From: Octopus vulgaris
Lineage: Eukaryota
NCBI GenBank assembly: GCA_951406725.2
Contig: OX597823.1
Location: 12,834,001-12,898,000 of the forward strand
Reading direction: 5' to 3'
Length of the DNA: 64,000 nt
Numbering within the stretch: position 1 is the stretch's first letter; each line of letters starts with the position of its first letter. Of this stretch, positions 15,481-28,699 are shown one piece after another. The notes under the pieces are model-generated. The model saw only the letters and a list, made by a program, of their open reading frames with translations. It ran no database searches and was not told the DNA's origin. A program made the translations under genes and the position numbers.

Positions 15481-16196
15481 CAAAACAAAAATGGAACAAT
15501 AATGCAAAAGACGATACAAACAAGGACAGGAAAAGAAATGACAGGTCCTTTGGAACCTTCTATCGTCAGTCGAGCTTTATATCATCGCTGCAGTTTCGGC
15601 CGGTTACATTCGAGACTGCTCAATCAATGTTTGTTTTCATGTTTAGTTATAATAAACATAACTTTACATTCATTTGAGGGCCATACTTTATAGTTTAGTG
15701 CAGTACAATTTTATTCGTAGACAAAAATGTTGTTGAAAGTGACTCCGAAGTCCCCGTCATATAAGGCACCGCCAAACACGATGAAAAGATGGCGTAGCTG
15801 GCTGAAATTATCAAAAATATACTTACTTCAGAAATATGTATATATATATATATATATATGCATATATCGTGTGTGTTTGTGTGTGTGTGTGTGTGTATGT
15901 GTGTGTTTGTGTGTATGAATTTATGTGTGTATATGTGTATGTATGCATATCTGTGTATGTGTGTCAAGTTAGAATTATTATTTCAAAGCGAGATTAAGAA
16001 TAACAATGAAGCGTGTTTCGATTGGGTGATAAAATGAGGACTGTGAAATCAAATTTATTTCAAATTAAGAGCTCAGTGAGAATTCATATTTCACCTAAAA
16101 TATTTTTCATCTTTGATTTAGCAACTAGGCAAAATTGGAGTCCTAGTAAAACCCAAAATGAAACAACCAGTCAAAGAATCAACCAATGTATGTATG

Positions 16197-16263
<67 letters not shown>

Positions 16264-16330
16264 TTATCTATCTATTTGGCTATCTCTCTATCCATGTATC
16301 TCTCTGTTCTATCCTTCTCTCTCTCTCTCG

Positions 16331-16386
<56 letters not shown>

Positions 16387-17990
16387 GTTTGTGCATATAC
16401 ATATACAAACATATATTTATTCATATACGTATATAAATATCCAATATTTTCTGTCTATATTTATATAGATTATGCATATACATAGCATATATTTTAAAAA
16501 TATATGTTATACATTTCTATATAAACAATATATGAATGTGTGTGTGTGTATGTATGTGAGTGTGTATGCATGTAGCAACGTATATTATATATGAATACAT
16601 CTATATATTTACATATTAAATATATGAAAAATGCGTTTTGTATAAATTCAGTGGTGACTCTGTTATATAACTGGAAAAGTTGGGGAAGATGTGTGAGATA
16701 ACTAATATACCAGAGTATATAAGATAAGGGAGGAAACGATTAAGCAACATTATTTCAAACAGATTAAATTTATCGTGTTGAAATGATGTCAAAGAAAGCG
16801 AGAAAGAACTAAACGTAAAGAAATTAACAAAGAAAGAATGAGAAGAGAAAGAAACTAAAAATAATTATATAAAATTAATCTAATACGACCAATAGAAAAT
16901 TCATACAATATATAAAAGGCTGACGTAAAATATTGAAAAGAATTGCATTTTCAAAAGACAAGCGAATAAAAATCTTTGCAAAGCAATTAGCGATTAACGA
17001 ATAAAAAAATGGAAGTGACTTGCAAGATAAGATTTTAAAAGGAAAAGAAAAACTCACGGAAAGCGTAATTCGTTTTCATAGAATTTAATAATTTTACAGT
17101 GTATTGTTATAGCTTTATTTAAAAGAAAAGAAGAAATGAAATAATAATCTTTAGAAAAATAATGAATTTAAATTTCAAATGATATAGAACACGATTAGGA
17201 AATTTGTAGAATATTGTTAAAGAAGTTATGCGGCTAAGAGAGTTTTAGTCGTATATCTTGATTTTGTAACGTCAATCTATACAGCCTTAACACCATATGA
17301 TCTAGCTTGCAGATGATTAGCTGATTTAATAGAAATACTAACCAAATACCCCCCAATCCAATCTGAACAGCATTCGGAAAATTTTGCACTTGTACTATAT
17401 GGTAGTTGTTTGCTGTGTTTATGAAAAGTGGAATCCCACCTCTGGTATTCCTTTCTATCTAAGCCTGTTCAGTCCAGGATTTTTGTAATATATAGAGTTA
17501 ATTACAGAAACAGGATCGGAAGAAAGGAGTGTAGGTTTATTTTTTGGAGACGATTAATTAACAGGTGAATAGATTTATGAGTTTGTTAAGTTTACTTACT
17601 TTGAGGAATGGAAAATATACATGTTGGTCTCTTGATCATTGTCTGATTCAAATGAAATAATAAGAAAATAACTATTAAAAATACTGAAATAGCAGCGAGA
17701 AGAGTAATAAAGAGAAAGGGAGATGGAACGAAAAGTAAGAAGTAGTATATGACGTGAAAGAAAGAAAGAGGGGAGACAAAGCCACTCAGAAGTCGCCCCT
17801 CAGTAAACGAAGGGGTTGTGGTGGTCACCGAAAGGAACAATTTCACAAGCCCGAATTTGCAGCTATGCCGAGACCGACAAATTCCGCTTTAAATAAAATT
17901 TGAGGAGAAAAGTAGAAATATAGAAAGCACAAGTACAAATGAAGTACTGGATGCCTTTACACACACAGTGGTACAGATATAAAACATATG

Positions 17991-18304
17991 GTGGAGGCAC
18001 ATGGCCTAGTGGTTAGAGCAGCTGACTCTCGGTCGAAGGATCTCGGGTTCGAATCTCAGACCGGGCGATGTGTGTGTTTATGAGCGAAACACCTAAGCTC
18101 CACGCGGCCCTGGCAGAAGGTAATGGCGAAACCTCTACTGACTCTTTCACCACAACTTTCTCTCACTCTTTCCTCCTGCATCTTGCATCTCACCTACGAC
18201 GGACCGGCGTCCAGTCCAGGTGGGGAACCTATTCACCAAAGAAACCGGGAAACCGGCCCTTATGAGCCAGGCATGGCTCGAGAAGGAACAAACAAACAAA
18301 CAAA
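17991..18304 (+). mobile_element. tRNA-derived SINE family C with (CAAA)n tail
   Basis: TGGCCTAGTGG A box, GGTTCGAATC B box, TSD ATATAAAACATATG / ATATAAACCATATG. Confidence 0.85.
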
Positions 18305-18689
18305 ATATAAACCATATGCGAACATTAATATGCGAATAGGGTTAGATCAGAAAAGCAGCTGGGAGGTTGTTCCCATCCAGAATTCAAGAAGACCTTAATT
18401 TTGAATGACCAAAGAATGCAAGTAGTGTACATGGGAGGGAAGATATGTATGCATGCATGCATGTATGTATGTATTTATGAGCGCACACGCGCGCGTGTGT
18501 GTGTATTGAAAAACCCTAGTGGACACGCTCATATAAAGAACATGCACTTAAGTATATATGTTCTATATAGAAATGTGTTTTAGAAAATTTTCTAATGCCA
18601 TTCTTTTTATTTGCCTACTCAATGAATCTTCCTCTCACATGTACTGCATGAGCTTGTACACTATTAACTACTGTAATTTTCATTGACCC

Positions 18690-19338
18690 GGCCAGCCAGA
18701 TGAAACCATAACACGATGCCTATGCCAGGAGCATAACCAGCCCGCTTATGCGTAGCTTTTCCTTCTTTGGTCACAAAATTTTGCTTGCGAAGACCTGTTG
18801 AGGCAAATCAACATCAAAATCAAAATCAAATCAAAATCAAAATCATTTGATGACTGGTATCCATGCTAGCGGGGTGCAAAGAGCACCATACGAGTGTGAT
18901 CGTTGACAGAGCGGCTTTTCGAGTATGATCGTTACCAGCGTCGCCTTACTGGCACTTATGCCTGTGCTAGTAGGGTGCCAAGAACACCATCCGAGCGTGA
19001 TCGTTGCCAGAGCATCAACTGGCTTCCGTACCCGTGGCACGTAAAAGGGCACCATTCGAGCGTGATCGTTACCAACGTCGCTTCACTGGCACCTGTGCCG
19101 GTGGCACGTGTAAAAACATTCGAGCGAGGTCATTACCAGTACCGTCTGACTGGCGCCCGTGCAGGTGGCACGTAAAAAGCGCCCACTACACTCTCGGAGT
19201 GGTTGGCGTTAGGAAGGGCATCCAGCTGTAGAAACTCTGCCAGATCAAGACTGGAGCCTGGTGCAGCCATCTGGTTCGCCAGCCCTCAGTGAAAACCGGC
19301 CAACCCATGCAAGCTTGGAAAACGTACGTTAAATGATG

Positions 19339-19340
<2 letters not shown>
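18690..19340 (+). mobile_element. Non-autonomous retroelement with internal about 60-bp tandem units, RTE-related by inference
   Basis: Repeated CGAGCGTGATCGTTACCA...GGTGGCACGTAAAA units; GGCGTTAGGAAGGGCATCCAG motif; ends in (GAT)/(ATT)n. Confidence 0.6.
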
Positions 19341-19421
<81 letters not shown>

Positions 19422-19574
19422 CATAATCATCATTATCATTACCATTATCATTAAAAGTTTATTGCATCGAAATTAAATGAGTAGATGTTTGGTGACTATA
19501 GGTCTCCTTAAAACTCTTTAAAATCTTTTTTAGAATTCTAACTGAATAAAAGTTTGCAATTTTTCCAAGCCGAG

Positions 19575-19795
19575 GACGTGTGATTTATTTCCGATATCCT
19601 TCAGCCACTTAGACGGAATCTTCGTTGTTGGTAAAAGCATAAAAGTTACCACGGGAACAATTGTCCCCTTTTCCTTCTACATCCTCTTCATTTCTCCGGC
19701 TAGGTCCTCATATTTCTCAAACTTCTCAATTTCTTTTATATATTCTCTGCTACCATATGGTATTGCAAAGTCTATGATCTTACAACATATTTCTC
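19575..19795 (-). pseudogene. Restriction-like endonuclease fragment of an R4/Dong-type retrotransposon
   Basis: Manual translation CKIIDFAIPYGSREYIKEIEKFEKYEDLAGEMKRM*...IVPVV matches the IID.AIP...KE.EK..KY.DL pattern. Confidence 0.7.
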
Positions 19796-20059
19796 ATTTT
19801 GCTTAAGTTCTGTTCTCAACCATCATATATTGTCTCTTTGCTTCAATAGTAAGCGTAACCATGAAAGAGAAACGCTAACCAAATCCTCTAAATTTCAACG
19901 ATCTTCAGATCCTCAGGCTTGTGTTCAAAAACTACTTACTGTAACTTCAATTTCACACACTTATCAAATAATTGAACCTCAATGTAATATCCGTAATAAT
20001 CCTTAGAATGAAATAGCTTTTGAATAATAGTGATATCCAATAATCACTTCTACTGAGAC

Positions 20060-20412
20060 ACCGCTGGCACTTATTTCATTGACATCGAAATGATGAAAGG
20101 CAAAGTCGATCACGGCGGAATTTGAATTCAGGGCCTAGTGGCAGACGAAATATCGCTAAGTATTTTGCTCGGCGTGCTAAAGATTAATAATAATCTTTTC
20201 TACTGTAGGCATAAGGCCTGAAATTTTTTAGGGAGGGGGCTAGTCGATTACATTAACCCCAGTACTAAACTGGTACTTAATTTATCGACTCCGAAATGAT
20301 GACAAGCAAAGTCAACATCGGCGGAATGTGAACTTAGAACATAAAGACAGAAGAATGTCGCTTTACGTCTTGCCCAGCATACTAACAATTCAGACTGCTC
20401 TAGGATAATAAC

Positions 20413-20480
<68 letters not shown>

Positions 20481-20710
20481 TAATAATAATAATCCTTTCT
20501 ATTATAGGCACAAGGCCTGTAATTTGGTGGGGAGTGTTAGTTGATTATATTGACGACAGTGTTTCACTGGAGTTCTCACTTTATCGACCCCGAACGGATT
20601 AAAGGCAAAGCCAACCTCGGCGAAATTTGAGCTCCGAACGTAGTGATGAACAAAACACCGCTGAGCATCTCGTATCAGCGCGCTAACGACTCTACCAGCT
20701 CGCCCCCTTA

Positions 20711-20757
<47 letters not shown>

Positions 20758-20987
20758 TAATAATAATAATCCTTTCTATTATAGGCACAAGGCCTGTAAT
20801 TTGGTGGGGAGTGTTAGTTGATTATATTGACGACAGTGTTTCACTGGAGTTCTCACTTTATCGACCCCGAACGGATTAAAGGCAAAGCCAACCTCGGCGA
20901 AATTTGAGCTCCGAACGTAGTGATGAACAAAACACCGCTGAGCATCTCGTATCAGCGCGCTAACGACTCTACCAGCTCGCCCCCTTA

Positions 20988-20990
<3 letters not shown>
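20060..20990 (-). mobile_element. Cluster of four SINE family B variants separated by (AAT)n, including a near-perfect tandem duplicate
   Basis: 20491-20710 is repeated at 20768-20987; family B core with a different tail. Confidence 0.8.
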
Positions 20991-21043
<53 letters not shown>

Positions 21044-21107
21044 TAATAATAATAATAATAGTAATAATAATAATAATAATAAGAAGAAGAAGAAGAAATA
21101 ATAATAA

Positions 21108-21138
<31 letters not shown>

Positions 21139-21959
21139 AAGAAGAAGAAGAAGAAGAAGAAGAAGAAGAAGAAGAAGAAGAAAGTATCAGGAGGAATGTA
21201 AAGACGGATGAAATACAAGCGTTTTGTCCAGCGTGCTAACCCTTCTTCCAGCTCGCCACCTTAAGGGCGATTAAATAAATTCCGATCTTACAGTAAGGCC
21301 AGTCAAACCAAATATATTCTTCCATATAAAAAATACATCATTATTGCCCCTTAACACGAGAGAAATAACTATTTTACTACGACCTATTTTTTTTCGTTGG
21401 GCCTCATAAGATTAAATTTAACACGATATGCTTCCATTTGCCTCTCCGTCTTCTCTCCTATTATTATTAGTCAAAGATTAGCATTACAGTCTTATATCAA
21501 CGATCAAAGCAATTTTCTCAACAACCATTACACAGTGAAAGATTTCGTCGTCGATATTCTGTCGCTGTTTAATTATCAGATCTTGGTGTTAAATGCCTCA
21601 CACACGTTTTTAACATGTCCTTCATTCTTGTCTTTGTAAACAAATATATTTTGGTTTGTTCGGATATATTGACAAGTATATTTTTTTTTCCCCAAAGACA
21701 ACATTCAAATGTTAAATATTTAAACAAGCGTAAATAATGAAAAGACAAATGTAAGAAAAAGGCAAGAATAAAAACAATAAAAAATGGAGAAGTCACACGG
21801 TAAGATTTATTGCAAGATATAAAATCTCTTACAGGAAATAAAAATTATTGGAGTTAAGTGAAGTGTGAAGTCCATAGACATGGAAATTAAAGATGTAAAA
21901 TATTAAGTGACATATCTCCACATTACAGTTGATGAGTAAAACACCGACACATACATACT

Positions 21960-21996
<37 letters not shown>

Positions 21997-22293
21997 CTAC
22001 ATAGTTAGTCACTCAAATTCATGGTTCACAAAGTCAATATTCGACGTCTGTAACCAATCGCTCGTCAGAGAATCGATATATATATAAAGAATTTGAATGA
22101 TATGAAACCTCAAAATATTAAAGATTTAAATTGAAATGAACAATCTCTTTTCAGACGATCACTGGCCACATTCAATCTGAAACGAGGCAAAATGTCCTTC
22201 ATTTATCTTTACATTTCAAAGTATAATTACATATACATACATACATTTCCTAATATAAAGACAATTACTTACTCTCTCTCTCTCTCTCTCTCG

Positions 22294-22367
<74 letters not shown>

Positions 22368-24151
22368 CTTGAAGCGGTAGAGGAACGTTAATCTAATTAC
22401 TTTCGATGATTTTCTCGTGTTGCCGCTGTTTCTCAGTTTAAACATGCAGGTATACATTTTACACCTTAACTTTCTCAGCTCAAAGAACTTTCTATCAATA
22501 ATACCCTCGGATTCATATAAAGTCATACAGTGAGCAGTTGACATTGTCTTTCTTGTAAGGTGCTAAATCATAGTCGGAATGGTAAGCTCTCGACAAGGTG
22601 AGAAAACAAATGCATATTTGAATCCACTTAAAAACATTACATTTCATTTCACCCTATAAAGCATGCGGAGCGGTGCGAACGCCTCCATCTCAAGTTTTCT
22701 ACAGTTATTAAACTGAATAAATTTTTGTTATTAAAGAATTTTAGAAAAGCATTTTCCTTAGTTTAATATTCTAGTTAAAATATTGCGATGCAATGTAGAT
22801 TCTTAATTGTGTTTATATCTTTACATCTGTGTGTATAATACTCTCAAAACAGTCCTAAATGTTAAAGGTTACATCAATACCTATTGCCCATTCATTAGCT
22901 GGGAGCCTCAGTATTAACCTCAATCTGGCATGTAATGTATCGCTGTCTGTTCGTCCTATCATTGGATCATGGGATATTTACACAAACACGCGTAAAAACG
23001 ACGAGATCTTTACACAGAGTGAGAAATATACCTCACACAAACATTCACACAGATATATATATACACACACATATCGCATCATGCAAGTGTCATTTTTCAT
23101 TAAGAAACATATTCACTATTTCGCTCTTTTTTATTTTATTATTTCGCCTCTTTTTATTTTAATATTTAAGTAATTAACCAATTAAATAATCGATTAGTCA
23201 ATCCTTAAAGTTTGTCGACGTTCTTTCACCAGTATTAGAACCACATCAACGATAAGCCCTCGATGATCCATGTCTGCCGTCTTGTCTCCAAATCTCCCTT
23301 GCTTGTAATTATACCTTTTTTAGTTTGTATAGGCGTGCGCCTATATGATGATTAATGTGTTACAGGTGTTTGTGAGAAGCAGACTAAGTGTGCGTCGGTC
23401 ATAAAGGTGAGTATATATTCGTGCAGATGGCTATCATATGCGCAAGTGCGGAGACAAACGCAAAAATTATCGTGTTAGAGGTGTTGCAGTAATTCTTTCC
23501 GGGTATTAGTGGCAGCGCCGGTGTGTTGTGGATCATTAGTATTCCACTCGCGTACAAAATATATATTTGTGTGTGTGTGTGTGTGTATGTGTGTGCGTTT
23601 GTATGTGCGTGCGTGCGTGTAGACACACGAACACCAACTTAAACGAGCGCAAGCACTCACTGAGATACACATATATACATATATATATATTATACATATT
23701 CATATGTGCACATACGTATGTCAATTCATTTGCTCGTATGTATGTATGTAATAGAAAGTCTTCCATCAGCATTAGAACGTTGGATGTCTCTTTCCTAATT
23801 GCGTATATTTTCTGACATCGCAGGTCTAGTGCGTGGTTTCCCACGGCTTTCTCGCATCACAACCACCCATGCATATCTGAGTGACTGAGAAAGGTAGAGG
23901 AAGAGAGAGATACAGAGAGAGAGAGAGCCAACAGAGAGAGAGAGCCAACAGAGAGAGAGAGAGAGAGAAAGAGATGGAGACTGAAAGAGAGCGAATGAGA
24001 GAGAGAGACAGAGGAAAATGGGAAAAAAGCGAGGAAGGGAAGGAGAGAGAGAGATCTGGATGCAGATTTTAATTTCGCAAAAGGATGGAAATTTCGAGGA
24101 GAATAGTTTAATCACTGACAAAATCCCCACTAGACCCTAATTTATGTAATT

Positions 24152-24554
24152 GACCACAAGGGGCTACACACAGAGGGGACAGACAAGGACAGAGACAGGA
24201 ATTAAGTCGATTATATCGACCCCAGTGCGTAAATGCTACTTAATTAATTGATCCCGAAAGGATGAAAGGCAAAGTCGACCACGGCGTGATTTGAACTCAG
24301 AACGTAGCGGCAGACGAAATACCTATTCTTTACTACCCACAAGGGGCTAAACATAGAGAGGACAAACAAGGACAGACAAAGGGATTAAGTCGATTACATC
24401 GACCCCAGTGCGTAACTGCTACTTAATTTATCGACCCCGAAAGGATGAAAGGTAAATTCGACCACGGCGGGATTTGAACTCAGAACGTAGCGGCAGACGA
24501 AATACCGCTAAGCATTTCGCTCGGCGTGCTAACGTCTCTGCCAGCTCGCCGCCT
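24152..24554 (-). mobile_element. SINE family B head-to-tail dimer
   Basis: Two units joined at GACGAAATACC|TATTCTTTACTACCC. Confidence 0.88.
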
Positions 24555-25310
24555 TTGTATTTGTATTTCTGCTCCATATCCATGCCACTGGGTACTCCGA
24601 GTTATTTCTCTAGGCCCATCTTGAATTGTAATTAATCTTCAACAGGCTGACCACACGGATACAGTGCCCTGCCCTAGAAAAGAACTCTTTCCTTCTGTAT
24701 TTTTCTTTCTCTTTTTTTTTCTATTTCTTTTCTCTTTTTTATTTGTCCTTCTTTCCCTCTGGTCCATAATGTTAAAGCTGACTTCACCAGGATCCGAACT
24801 CATGACGTATTTATATTGTGCTGGTGATACCTGCTGAGGGTGAAACGTGTATCTGCAAACATCTTTTTATGACAAGACAATAAGCTTGCTCTTTTCATTG
24901 ATTGCCTGTGGAGGCTATTTACTTCTTCAGATTATCTCACTTATCTCCCATGGAGCTGTTCTCAGCTATTTTCTGTAACCATCTCGTAATTTTCATTCAT
25001 AATCTAAAGTTAGAGGTAATTCTACTAAATCACACATTTTTGTCGTACGCTTTTGGATATAATTGTATTTGTATTGTTGCTCATAAACATGACACAGTAA
25101 TTTCCCTTAAAGCATTTTACTGTATTTCGTGCAGAATTGCGTTGAACAGTAAATATATTCTACTCATTTTGTATATGATATTGCCCTTTAGCTGCTGAAC
25201 ATTGGCTAGAACAATTATTGCGTTGCTGATATCTATTAAGGCAGAATTGCACGTCAACAAGAAGGCTACGTGATTCTCGAGATTAAATTCCTTTCTCATA
25301 TGAAGCAGTC

Positions 25311-25705
25311 TCTTTTACTCTTTAACTTGTTTCAGTCATTTGACTGTGGTCACGCTGGAGCACCGCCTTTAGTCGAGCGAATCGACCCCAGGAATTATTC
25401 TTTGTAAGCCTAGTACTTATTCTATCGGTCTCTTTTACCGAACCGGTAAGTTACGGGGACGTAAACACACCAGCATCGGATGTCAAGCGATTTTCGGGGG
25501 ACAAATACAGGCACACAAACACACACATATATACATATATATGACGGGCTTCTTTTAGTTTTTGTCTACCAAATCCACCCACAATGCTTTGGTCGGCCCG
25601 AGGCTATAGTAGAAGACACTTGCCCAAGGTGCCACGTAGTGTGACTGAACCTGGAACCATGTGGTTCGTAAGTAAGCTACTTACCATCCAGCCACTCCTA
25701 CGCCT
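25311..25705 (-). mobile_element. SINE family A, full length
   Basis: Reverse complement of the family A consensus, head to tail. Confidence 0.88.
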
Positions 25706-26194
25706 ATATGTCTCGTTTATCATTTGAGAATTATCACGAATTTATGTTGCATACTTTTACTTGTATTTGTATTTCTGCTCCATATCCTTGCCACTGGGTA
25801 CTCCGAGTTATTTCTCTAGGCCCATCTTGAATTGTAATTAAACTTCAACAGGTTGACCACACGGATGCAGTACCCTAGAAAAGAAAACTCTTTGCTTCTG
25901 TCTTTTTCTTTCTTTCTCTTCCTTTCTCTTTTCTATTCTCTTTCTGTCTCTCTCGTCTTTCTTTCTCGCTTGTCCTTTCTTTCTCTCTTGTCCTTCCTTA
26001 CTTTAAAAGACGAAATTGGTATCTCGAAATGTCGTTAAAATCAACCACCTGTAAAACTACTGACCATGGCCATCCCCAAATATAACAATAAATGCCATCC
26101 CACAGAAAATACAAACGAATGAAGGAAAAAGACTTCTATTCCCTTTGCAGTCCTATAACCCTTTTGTCTCCGTAAAAAGAAGCAAAAAGTATTT

Positions 26195-26284
<90 letters not shown>

Positions 26285-26289
26285 TGCAT

Positions 26290-26336
<47 letters not shown>

Positions 26337-27086
26337 TGTTGTACTTAGTTTATCGGTACTGCAGCGGAAGTGCTATGATACTGGAACGCAAGCAAATCAA
26401 CATTGTTCGTCAAGCATTGGTGGAAGCGAAACCCCAAAAGAAACACATACACATATATATTCCATTATGCATATCCACTCAAAGGGCATTCGGCGACTCA
26501 AGGCCAGGTAAGAAAACACTCGTCCAAGATGCCATACTGTGATATTGATCCCGAAGCCAGGTAGATACAAAGCGTGATTTTTAATCACACAGCATAAGAC
26601 CACTCTTGCAAGTTTCTTACATGTCAATACTCAACGCGAGAAGTTAACAAATAGTGCAGTTGTTCTCAACTGGAATCTATATGGCACTTAAAAATCCATG
26701 TAAGATGTTTGGTGGTTCACGCCTTCAAAATAGTAAATTCAGGATCCACGATAATATTTCAAGCGGCTCTGAAAAAATGCTGCCTTAGATGTATGTATTA
26801 TTATGTATTGCAAGAAACAGCGAGGTTTCTTTCTCTAACATTTAGCATACACGAATAAATGTGTGAAAAATGAGATAGTAATTTTGAAAGCGGTTTCTAT
26901 AATACTAGTTTTTAAACTTCAAATGGCTATGAGGATCCATCAAAATTAAATAATAATCAAAGGTCTCCAGAGATATAAAGTGGTTGAGAATCCCGGAAAT
27001 AGTGCTTAAGCTGTAGGTTCGTGCATGAAATTCATAATTTGAACGGAATTTCAGTCAAAAATAGAGCAGCTTACTTTTAGTTATTT

Positions 27087-27248
27087 CAGGAGTGGCTGTG
27101 TGGTAAGTAGCTTGCTTACGAACCACATGGTTCCGGATTCAGTTCCACTGCGTGGCATCTTGGGAAAGTGTCTTCTACTATAAGCCTCGGGCCGACCAAA
27201 GCCTTGTGAGTAGATTTGGTAGATGGAAACTGAAAGAAGCCCGTCGTA

Positions 27249-27303
<55 letters not shown>

Positions 27304-27532
27304 GTATGTGTGTTTATATGTTTGTGTGTCTTTATTTGTCCCCCCAACATCGCTTGACAACTGATGCTGGTGTGTTTACGTCCCCGTAATATAGCGGTTC
27401 GGCAAAAGAGACCGATACAATAAGTGCTAAGCTTACAAAGAATAAGTCCTGGGGTCGATTTGCTTGACTAAAAGCGGTGCTCCAGTATGGCCACAGTCAC
27501 ATGGCTGAAACAAGTATAAGAATAAAAGAGTA
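27087..27532 (+). mobile_element. SINE family A, full length
   Basis: CAGGAGTGGCTGTGTGGTAAG head, internal (TA)n, GAAACAAGTA tail. Confidence 0.88.
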
Positions 27533-27824
27533 AAACAATAATTAATTGAGAACTTGCATAATATTTATGTATAGACCGTTTCGTGCCAACATTACGTTTC
27601 AGTATAAAGATATGTTTAAAAATAAAAACAGTCAGAAATCTTTGCGTCTGTTATTTACTTCTGTTTAGGAAATATCAGAATCTCACAAAAAAATTATTTA
27701 CAGTTTCATGTTGACTTATATTTCCTATTCGCATGCTTTCCGTTTCCTTGCCTATCAATTTATATTTTGGCAAAATCTCATTACACGCACACACATAAAT
27801 ACATATATTATTTTATACCGTTAT

Positions 27825-27886
27825 GCGTTTTAGCCCAAATCTTGTGGCCATGATGGAGCATCGCCAATGCATACATACAGACATAA

Positions 27887-27959
<73 letters not shown>

Positions 27960-28136
27960 TATATATATATATATATACGACGAGGTTCTTTCAGTTTCCA
28001 TGAACCAAATCCACTGACAATGCTTTCGTCGAGGCTATAGTAGAAGACACTCGCCCAAGGTGCCACGCAGTGGGACTGAACCCGGAACCATATCGTTCGT
28101 AAGTACGTACGCAAGCTACTTACCACACAGACACTC

Positions 28137-28137
<1 letters not shown>
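27825..28137 (-). mobile_element. SINE family A, partial
   Basis: GGCTATAGTAGAAGACACT...GGGACTGAACCCGGAACCAT matches the family. Confidence 0.75.
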
Positions 28138-28191
<54 letters not shown>

Positions 28192-28699
28192 GTATTGAAA
28201 TGTATATATGTACGTATGTAGATAGATAGATATTTACATGTGTACTTATATAAATATATATACATTCTTAGATGCATATATAGTTGCATATTGAATACAC
28301 ATATTACATACATATACGTGCATGTATGCATTTATGGGTATATCTACGTATGCATACGAGAATTACCATTAAATCATGAGTGGTATTTGCTCTGCTGACT
28401 TATAATTAAAGAAAAGCCAAATAATATTAAAGTGTGTTTTACTTGTTGCAATTTTTTCGCTGTTCCCAAGGTAGCCGACATATTTTATATTTTAACAACC
28501 TATTTGTGCCAAACGGGTGAGGCTTAGGAAATTTTTCTAATGCAGAAATGTGAGGTACTTACCTATCCAACGTGAGTTTCATCGATTTCAATATTACAAT
28601 AATAAGTCAATCATGATGACCGCGATATGATCGTCGGAAATCATCCCAATTATTACGATGTTGCTGCTGCTGTTGTTGTTGTTATGTTGTTGTATGATG

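Noticed and set aside
15541-15630. Minus-strand GAAACTGCAG followed by CTGACGA (similar order at 3900-3985), suggesting a type II hammerhead
   Set aside because: No closing stem II or valid NUH triplet with stem I could be built.
17991-18070. tRNA-like sequence as a functional tRNA gene (also the heads at 37810 and 57890)
   Set aside because: No convincing acceptor stem; continues into a SINE body bracketed by TSDs.
18890-19180. Regularly spaced repeats resembling a CRISPR array
   Set aside because: Whole units are homologous with no unique spacers; eukaryotic context and no cas genes.
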